NCBI GenBank assembly: GCA_964484395.1
Contig: CAZAFM010000002.1
Coordinates: forward strand, 1 to 42,163
Direction of reading: 5' to 3'
Source: an uncultured Campylobacterales bacterium
GTDB lineage: Bacteria > Campylobacterota > Campylobacteria > Campylobacterales > CAZAFM01
Length of the DNA: 42,163 bases
Made by a program: the position numbers and the translations under genes. Shown piece after piece: positions 36,105 to 42,163 of the stretch. How positions within the stretch are numbered: position 1 is the first letter of the stretch; each line of letters begins with the position of its first letter. The notes under the pieces were generated by a model. The model did no database searches. It was given only the letters and a program-made list of their open reading frames with translations, and had not been told where the DNA came from.

Positions 36105-38450
36105 ATGAAAAAAATAGTCCTTATACTACTTAGTGCAATATATCTTTACTCTATAGAGATTACTCTTAATAGTGGAAGAGAAGCAGGTAAAAACTTTGCT
36201 GTACTTAATATAGAGAAAGAGACCCCATTTACATGTAAAGAGATAGTTGAAGATGGAAGAGTGAGTCTTGTGAGATGTCTTTTTGAGAAAGCTCCACCAT
36301 ATAAGCTAACTCGCTCTAGAAATGCTTTTTTTGATATAGAATTTAAAAACATAGAAGATATGTTTGCAATAGAGATATCTCTAAAACAAGAGAGTCTTTT
36401 GATTCCCATACCTTTTAGCCTTGAAGGGGATATGGTTGGGTATGAGACAGATGAGATGAGCGCTAAAAGATGGCAGATAATATCCTATGAAGATAAACTT
36501 CCTTTTATTCAAAAAAGCAAAAGTGCTGGTATAAACTTCCCCATAGAGATAACAAACTACAAATACCCAACTGTCGGGGCACTCGATTTTAGAGGTGAAC
36601 CTATTAATTTTGAAGCAGGTCCTGATGTTGATGAGTATTTGGTCATAAAAAATCTTATGGAGAGTGAGCAGTATGAGCTTGCTATTATGCAAATAGATGA
36701 TGTTTTGGACGACTATCCTCAGACAGTTTTTAGAAGTGACTTGGAGCTTTTTAAGATAAGAGCAATGTATGAGCTCGGTGATAAGGCTGATAAAGAGAGT
36801 CTTATAGAGTTTGCAAAAAGATGGATACGCGAAAATGCAGCTGAAAATAGTGCTTCTGAGGTGCTTTTAATAATTGCTGATACTTATGCATCTATGGGGT
36901 TTTATGATGAAGCAAACTACTACTTTGATAGGATATTCTTTGAGCACAAGGGTGAAAAATATGAAAAACTGGCAAAAATAGCACTTGGTGATACTTTTGC
37001 AAATAGAGATAATGCACAAAAAGCCTATGAACTATATAATGAGGCGCTTTTTGAAACTGATGATGTAGGAGTGGCTTCACTTGCGGCTTTTAGGCTTGGT
37101 AGTATGATGCTTGATGCTAAGGAGTATAGTAGTGCAAAAGATAGTTTTGAAAAAATTCTATCAGCAAATCCAAAGTTTTTTAAACAGAAGTTTGATCAAT
37201 CTTCAAACATAGCTGAGAGTTTTGCTGAGGCTGGAGAGTATGGTATAGCTGCTAAAATTGCAGAAGCACTATACGAAAACACAAAAAGAACAAATCCACA
37301 CTATGAGACATTAGGAATCAAAAAAGCTAGATGGTTTGATGAAGCAGGAGAGAATAAAAAAGCCTTGCAAGCTTATAGAGAGTATCTTGATACATTTACT
37401 AATGGTGCTTTTGTAGATGAGGCAAGAAAGGGAATAGACTCTCTTTTTATAAAAGATGCAGATGATAGTAATCGCTCACTTGATGAGATGAATAAAATAG
37501 TAGATGAATATCCTCAAAGTAGTGAGATATACAAACAAGCACTTTTACAAAAAGCAAAAATACTTCTAAATGAGCAAAAATATGAAGATGTACTAGATAT
37601 GGATGATAAGTTAAGGGATTTTAATAGTTCAAAACCTATCTTAGATGATGCTGCTACAACCCTTGCAAGAGAGGCAGCTAAAAAGAGAGATTGTGACCAG
37701 CTCTTTTACTACATAATAGAGTATAACCTAGATATAAAAAGCCTAGATGTTGATAGAGTTGCTTTTGAGTGTGGTATGAAACTGGGCTTTTTTGATAGAG
37801 TAAAAGATGTTCCACAAACGCACCTAAATGATAAGAAGCTAGAAGATAGGCTTTTTTGGATGAATGCTTATGCAGAGGTGCTTTTTAAAGAGGATAAAAT
37901 CAACCTATTTTTGGATGTAGCCAATGATCTTTTGACACTATCTAATGATATGGATATAGACTCCTATAATGCAATATACTTTAAAATGCTAAAAGCCTAT
38001 ATTGAGCAAAACAACCAAGATATGGTATTAAGTACGATAGAAAATATTGAGCAACACTTCAGTAGTGATTCAAGAATGCTTGAAGCTTATAAAAGCGTAG
38101 CTGACTTTTTAAACAGCAAAAATCAAAAGCAAGCAGCACTTAGCTACTACAAAAAGCTTCAAACCCTGCAACAAAATCTAAATAGATATCCATACTCTCC
38201 AGAGCTTACACTTTCGATAATGGATATATATAGCTCGCAAAAAAACAACCAAGAGCTAATCAGAGCATCTGAGGATATAAAAAACTTAGATAAAGCAAAT
38301 GAAGCAAAATACTACTATCTACTAGGAAGTGCATATCAAAATCTAAATGACAATCAAAATGCAATAGATAGTTTTGATGCTTGCATTGATGCTAAAAGTG
38401 ATAGCCCATACGAACAGCTATGTGCTGAGCTAAAGGGCTTGATTGAATAA
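36105..38450 (+). CDS. secreted/periplasmic tetratricopeptide-repeat (TPR)-like protein
   Basis: 781 aa with an N-terminal signal-like segment (MKKIVLILLSAIYLYS). It has many helical repeats rich in A/Y/L with a TPR-like periodicity (for example AQKAYELYNEAL, KKALQAYREYL, QNAIDSFDACI). I recognise no specific family. Confidence 0.55.
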   Translation: MKKIVLILLSAIYLYSIEITLNSGREAGKNFAVLNIEKETPFTCKEIVEDGRVSLVRCLFEKAPPYKLTRSRNAFFDIEFKNIEDMFAIEISLKQESLLIPIPFSLEGDMVGYETDEMSAKRWQIISYEDKLPFIQKSKSAGINFPIEITNYKYPTVGALDFRGEPINFEAGPDVDEYLVIKNLMESEQYELAIMQIDDVLDDYPQTVFRSDLELFKIRAMYELGDKADKESLIEFAKRWIRENAAENSASEVLLIIADTYASMGFYDEANYYFDRIFFEHKGEKYEKLAKIALGDTFANRDNAQKAYELYNEALFETDDVGVASLAAFRLGSMMLDAKEYSSAKDSFEKILSANPKFFKQKFDQSSNIAESFAEAGEYGIAAKIAEALYENTKRTNPHYETLGIKKARWFDEAGENKKALQAYREYLDTFTNGAFVDEARKGIDSLFIKDADDSNRSLDEMNKIVDEYPQSSEIYKQALLQKAKILLNEQKYEDVLDMDDKLRDFNSSKPILDDAATTLAREAAKKRDCDQLFYYIIEYNLDIKSLDVDRVAFECGMKLGFFDRVKDVPQTHLNDKKLEDRLFWMNAYAEVLFKEDKINLFLDVANDLLTLSNDMDIDSYNAIYFKMLKAYIEQNNQDMVLSTIENIEQHFSSDSRMLEAYKSVADFLNSKNQKQAALSYYKKLQTLQQNLNRYPYSPELTLSIMDIYSSQKNNQELIRASEDIKNLDKANEAKYYYLLGSAYQNLNDNQNAIDSFDACIDAKSDSPYEQLCAELKGLIE

Positions 38451-38470
38451 ATTTAATAGGAGATTTATAG

Positions 38471-38842
38471 ATGAAATTTACAAACACACAAAAAGCACCT
38501 CAAGCCATAGGTCCATACTCTCAAGCAGTAGTAGTAAATGGTATGGTTTTTAGTTCAGGACAGATTGCACTAAAGCCTAATGGTGAGTTTTTAGAAGGAG
38601 GCGTACAAGAGCAATGCGAACAGGTGCTAAAAAACCTAAAAGAGGTTCTTGAGGCTTCAGGAAGTAGTATGGATAGAGTGATTAAGACTACGGTTTATTT
38701 GGTGAATATGGATGATTTTACACTAGTAAATGAGGTATATGCAAAACATTTTGGAGACCATAAGCCTTCTCGAAGTGCAGTAGCAGTTAAGACACTACCA
38801 AAAAATGCACTAGTAGAGATTGAGGCAATTGGGATAGTTTAA
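38471..38842 (+). CDS. ridA: RidA/YjgF family reactive-intermediate deaminase
   Basis: 123 aa with the APQAIGPYSQAV and PSRSAVAV..LPK.ALVEIEAI motifs. Confidence 0.9.
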   Translation: MKFTNTQKAPQAIGPYSQAVVVNGMVFSSGQIALKPNGEFLEGGVQEQCEQVLKNLKEVLEASGSSMDRVIKTTVYLVNMDDFTLVNEVYAKHFGDHKPSRSAVAVKTLPKNALVEIEAIGIV

Positions 38843-38918
38843 ACAAATATTAATAAAGTTTTGTGTACAATCGCAAACTCAAAAATTCACAGCATAATTT
38901 GTATAGAAGGTTTAAAAT

Positions 38919-39230
38919 ATGCAAGCTATTATAAAAAGCGGCGGTAAGCAGTATAAAGTAGAAGAGGGTGATATTCTTTTTCTAGACAAAATGGGATTAG
39001 AGCCAAGCTCAAAAGTAGAATTTGACTCTGTTCTTGGTATCAGCAAAGATGATGGTTTTGTAGCTGGAACTCCTCTAGTTAGTGGGGCAAAAGTAGAAGG
39101 CGAAGTCATCAAAGAGGGAAAAGCTAAAAAAGTAGTTATCTATAAAAAGAGAAGAAGAAAAGATAGTAAACTAAAAAAAGGCTTTAGAAGAGAATATACT
39201 CAAGTAAAAATCACAAAAGTAGCACTTTAG
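38919..39230 (+). CDS. rplU: 50S ribosomal protein L21
   Basis: 103 aa with the [19 protein letters not shown]-terminus and K/R-rich C-terminal region. Located upstream of rpmA. Confidence 0.96.
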   Translation: MQAIIKSGGKQYKVEEGDILFLDKMGLEPSSKVEFDSVLGISKDDGFVAGTPLVSGAKVEGEVIKEGKAKKVVIYKKRRRKDSKLKKGFRREYTQVKITKVAL

Positions 39231-39239
39231 GAGTAGAGA

Positions 39240-39494
39240 ATGGCACACAAAAAAGGTCAAGGTAGTACCCAGAATAATAGGGATTCAGCTGGTAGACGCT
39301 TAGGCGTTAAAAAGTTTGGTGGAGAGCTTGTAAGGGCTGGAAATATCATAATGAGACAAAGAGGCACAAAAATCCACCCTGGTGAAAATGTAGGTATGGG
39401 AAAAGACCACACTATATTTGCCATGGTAGATGGTGTTGTAACATTTGAAAGAAAAGACAAAGATAGAAAAAAAGTCTCAGTTTACCCTGCATAG
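39240..39494 (+). CDS. rpmA: 50S ribosomal protein L27
   Basis: 84 aa with the [24 protein letters not shown] and [10 protein letters not shown] motifs. Confidence 0.97.
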   Translation: MAHKKGQGSTQNNRDSAGRRLGVKKFGGELVRAGNIIMRQRGTKIHPGENVGMGKDHTIFAMVDGVVTFERKDKDRKKVSVYPA

Positions 39495-39534
39495 TTCTTC
39501 CCACCTGAGGGGTTCTTACACCCTTTTATTAATA

Positions 39535-39703
39535 TAATTCTTGCAAAACTGCAAGAATTAAGAGCACTTGCTAAAGTGCGAGAGCCTACTGCTGGTGTAG
39601 CTAAGCGGAACTTCAAACAAAGTGCCGAATGGTAAACTCAGCGTTAGCGTAGCTTTAAGGAGCTTGGCTTCTTAAAGCGTATCATTGAGTTCTGCAAGAA
39701 CTC
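39535..39703. other. highly structured intergenic segment between rpmA and obg (candidate cis-regulatory leader or small RNA)
   Basis: At least five hairpins are visible by eye. H1 is 39535..39560, an 11-bp perfect stem taattcttgca/tgcaagaatta. H2 is 39564..39579, gcact/agtgc. H3 is 39606..39627, cggaact/agtgccg. H4 is 39652..39678, a 12-bp stem gctttaaggagc/gcttcttaaagc. H5 is 39687..39703, gagttct/agaactc. The 5' arm of H1 can alternatively pair with tgcaagaa in H5. There is no ORF of 60 aa or more and no tRNA-like T-loop. Confidence 0.35.
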
Positions 39704-39721
39704 TAATCAAAAAGGAAAAAT

Positions 39722-40789
39722 TTGTTTGTCGATAGAGTAGAGTTTGAGGTTAGCTCAGGATCTGGTGGTGCTGGTGCAGTGTCATTTAGGCGAGAGAAGT
39801 TCATACCAAAGGGTGGACCTGATGGTGGTGATGGTGGTTATGGTGGTTCGGTATACTTCTTGGTTGCCAACAACTGTGATACCTTATCAAGCTATAGAGG
39901 TAAAAACAAACTAAAAGCCAAAAATGGAGCCCAAGGTGAGGGTAAAAATAAGTTTGGAAAAAAGGGTGAAGATTTGATTCTAACTGTTCCAAAAGGAACT
40001 CAAGTCATAGATATGGAGAGTGGTGAGTTACTTTTAGACCTACTTGAAGATGATAAAAAGTATCTTTTTTTAGAGGGTGGAAAAGGTGGAAAAGGAAATA
40101 GTAACTTCAAAACTTCTACAAATCAAAGACCAACATACGCACAAAAAGGGCTTCCTGGAGTTTCTAAAAAGATAAAACTAGAACTAAAACTCATAGCTGA
40201 TGTAGGACTTGCTGGCTTTCCTAATGTCGGAAAATCCACCCTTATCTCAGTCATATCAAATGCAAAACCAGAAATTGCAAATTATGAGTTCACAACTCTA
40301 ACTCCAAACCTAGGAGTAGTGGATGTAGATAGTGATGCTTCTTTTGTAGTAGCTGATATACCCGGTATTATAGAGGGTGCTAGTGATGGAAAAGGACTTG
40401 GGTTAGAGTTTTTGCGACACATAGAGAGAACAAAGGTCAATCTTTTTATGATAGATGTAAGTAACTATAGAGATATAAAAACTCAGTTTGCATCACTAAA
40501 AAAAGAGCTAAATCTATACTCAGAAGTGCTAGGCTCAAAGAGGTTTGCAGTAGCTTTAAGTAAGATAGATCAGTTTGAAAAAGATGAAATTGATGGGTTT
40601 CTTAAAGAGTTTGTAAAGATTTTTAAGAAAAAACCAAACAGAACCACCAAGTCAAACTATCTATATTGGGAGAGTGAAGAAGTTAAGGCAAATGAGCCAT
40701 CTTTTGTTCTTCCAATCTCATCTGCAACTTCTACAAATATAGATGAACTAAAAGCTTTACTATTTCACTTTGTCAAAGAGGATGCGTAG
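39722..40789 (+). CDS. obg: GTPase Obg/CgtA
   Basis: 355 aa with the MFVDRVEF N-terminus (requires a TTG start), the glycine-rich Obg fold ([16 protein letters not shown]), G1 GFPNVGKST and G3 DIPGIIEGA. Conserved rplU-rpmA-obg synteny. Confidence 0.96.
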   Translation: MFVDRVEFEVSSGSGGAGAVSFRREKFIPKGGPDGGDGGYGGSVYFLVANNCDTLSSYRGKNKLKAKNGAQGEGKNKFGKKGEDLILTVPKGTQVIDMESGELLLDLLEDDKKYLFLEGGKGGKGNSNFKTSTNQRPTYAQKGLPGVSKKIKLELKLIADVGLAGFPNVGKSTLISVISNAKPEIANYEFTTLTPNLGVVDVDSDASFVVADIPGIIEGASDGKGLGLEFLRHIERTKVNLFMIDVSNYRDIKTQFASLKKELNLYSEVLGSKRFAVALSKIDQFEKDEIDGFLKEFVKIFKKKPNRTTKSNYLYWESEEVKANEPSFVLPISSATSTNIDELKALLFHFVKEDA

Positions 40790-41557
40790 TTGAAGAGGAT
40801 TGTTTTAAAGGTCGGTAGTGCAGTTTTGACGGAGAGAAGTGAGCTTGCTTTAGAGCGGATTGATAATCTTGTTGAGTTTATAGGGGAGCTAAAAAACGAG
40901 TATGAAGTGATGCTTGTAAGCTCAGGAGCTGTTGCTGCGGGATACACAGAGTTAGCACTTGATAAAAGCTTTTTAGCTAATAAGCAAGCTTTAGCCTCAC
41001 TAGGTCAGCCACTTTTGATGAAGCAGTACTACAAAAAGTTAAAAGCTAAAGGTATTTTGTGCTCACAAATACTCTTGACTGCTGATGATTTTGATTCAAG
41101 AAAGAGAACTGAGCATGCTAAAAATGCTGTTGAGGTTATGTTAAAAAATGGGATAGTCCCTATTATTAACGAAAATGATGTAACCGCTACTGAGGAGCTT
41201 GTTTTTGGAGATAATGATAGGCTATCTGCTCATGTTTGCTACTATTTTGATGCCTCTATGCTTGTGGTTCTAACTGATGTAGATGGTTACTATGACTCAA
41301 ATCCAAGAGAGAATCCCTCTGCAAAAATGTACAAAAAAAGAGACAAAATAGATAAAAATGAGCTTATAGTTGAGCATAAACAGAGCTCTTCATTTGCAAC
41401 AGGTGGAATTAAAACAAAACTACAAGCTGCGCAATTTTTACTTGAGAATGGGAAAAAGATGTTTTTAACAAGTGGGTTTGACCTTAGTTTTGCTAGGGAG
41501 TATTTGATAGAGGGTAGACATACTAAAGGAACTCTTTTTGCAAAAGGTCTTGAGTGA
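40790..41557 (+). CDS. proB: glutamate 5-kinase (short form without PUA domain)
   Basis: 255 aa with MKRIVLKVGSAVLT (TTG start), VSSGAVAAG and FGDNDRLSA motifs. Confidence 0.93.
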   Translation: MKRIVLKVGSAVLTERSELALERIDNLVEFIGELKNEYEVMLVSSGAVAAGYTELALDKSFLANKQALASLGQPLLMKQYYKKLKAKGILCSQILLTADDFDSRKRTEHAKNAVEVMLKNGIVPIINENDVTATEELVFGDNDRLSAHVCYYFDASMLVVLTDVDGYYDSNPRENPSAKMYKKRDKIDKNELIVEHKQSSSFATGGIKTKLQAAQFLLENGKKMFLTSGFDLSFAREYLIEGRHTKGTLFAKGLE

Positions 41558-42163
41558 GGGTAGTTTTTTTTGGTTCATCATCCTACTCAGCTACTATATA
41601 TGAGGCGTTAAGAGATGATAGAGATATTGAGGTAGTAGCTGTTTTTACTCAGCCAGATAAGCCAGTAGGAAGAAAGAAAAGAATAACTCCATGTGTGATG
41701 AAGCAGTTTTTATTAGATACAGAAGATAGTGTTGAGCTCTTTCAGCCAAAAAGCCTCAAAGATGAAGGAGTCTATGAGAGTTTGGAGGCTTTAGAGCCTG
41801 ATTTTATAGTAGTGGCCTCTTATGGTCAGATAGTTCCTAAAAACATACTTGATATTTGCCCTCCTATAAACCTACACGCCTCTTTGCTTCCAGAGTTTAG
41901 AGGTGCTAGTCCTATACATGAGGTGATACTGCTTGAAAGAAGATTTACAGGAGTTAGCTCTATGTACATGAGTGAAGGGCTAGATGAGGGTGATGTACTA
42001 GGCTTTAGATATGTAGAGATAGGTAGAGATGAGAGTATAGAGGAGCTTTTTAACAAGCTAAGTGTTGCTGCTGCAACTCTTGCTCTAAGCACACTTAAAG
42101 AGTATAAAAAACTAGTAAGATTAAAGCAGTTTACCCCAAAAGCTAGTTATTGCAAAAAGGTTA
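41554..42163 (+). CDS. fmt: methionyl-tRNA formyltransferase (3' end outside the window)
   Basis: Hand-translated open frame from the GTG at 41554, which overlaps the proB stop (GTGA), to the window end: MRVVFFGSSSYSATIYEALRDD...VFTQPDKPVGRKKRITPCVMKQF...FIVVASYGQIVPKNILD...INLHASLLPEFRGASPIH. The motifs HASLLP..RGA.PI and QPD.P.GR are diagnostic for Fmt. The ORF is absent from the ORF track because it has no stop in the window. Confidence 0.9.
   Translation, partial: MRVVFFGSSSYSATIYEALRDDRDIEVVAVFTQPDKPVGRKKRITPCVMKQFLLDTEDSVELFQPKSLKDEGVYESLEALEPDFIVVASYGQIVPKNILDICPPINLHASLLPEFRGASPIHEVILLERRFTGVSSMYMSEGLDEGDVLGFRYVEIGRDESIEELFNKLSVAAATLALSTLKEYKKLVRLKQFTPKASYCKKV

Noticed and set aside
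39495-39721. The rpmA-obg spacer as a tRNA, tmRNA, SRP RNA or RNase P RNA gene.
   Set aside because: It has no cloverleaf and no GTTCGAATC-type T-loop. It lacks the SRP domain IV motif. It is too short for tmRNA or RNase P RNA. I retained it only as an unclassified structured element.
41826-42092. An 88-aa minus-strand ORF near the window end.
   Set aside because: It is antisense to the hand-translated fmt reading frame, which carries the diagnostic Fmt motifs. It is a shadow ORF.

Overview
This 42-kb chromosomal window is low-GC and gene-dense. It most likely comes from a member of the Campylobacterota (epsilonproteobacteria), possibly a Sulfurimonas-like organism. That assignment is an inference from gene content, GGAAC-N5-TTGC sigma54 promoters, a large FlgE and a nuo operon without nuoE/nuoF. 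Left to right the window contains: (1) a very AT-rich restriction-modification cassette with a putative endonuclease, a Dam-like alpha-class methyltransferase and a CcrM/HinfI-like beta-class methyltransferase; (2) housekeeping genes metK, a ferredoxin, ndk, yceD-like, rpmF, plsX and fabH, then pldA, gpsA and gatB on the minus strand; (3) a flagellar mini-cluster of flgE, a Maf/DUF115 protein, an LPP20/FlgP-like lipoprotein and a second lipoprotein, with two sigma54 promoter matches; (4) nfo and an orphan AAA+ ATPase; (5) a 17-kb nuo (complex I) operon, nuoA-B-C-D-[small protein]-[large flavoprotein]-nuoG1-nuoG2-H-I-J-K-L-M-N; (6) a secreted TPR protein, ridA, rplU, rpmA, a 227-bp highly structured intergenic region, obg, proB and the 5' part of fmt. 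The most unusual content is the electron-input end of complex I. The NuoE position holds a Cys-poor protein of about 77 aa. The NuoF position holds a protein of about 665 aa that fuses only the C-terminal tail of NuoF (degenerate N3 cluster motif, no FMN domain) to a complete GltD/NfnB-like FAD/NAD(P)H oxidoreductase. NuoG is present as two tandem, diverged paralogs that share two nucleotide-identical blocks (249 bp, and 620 bp with one mismatch), which indicates recent gene conversion. I found no rRNA, tRNA, CRISPR array, transposase or integrase.
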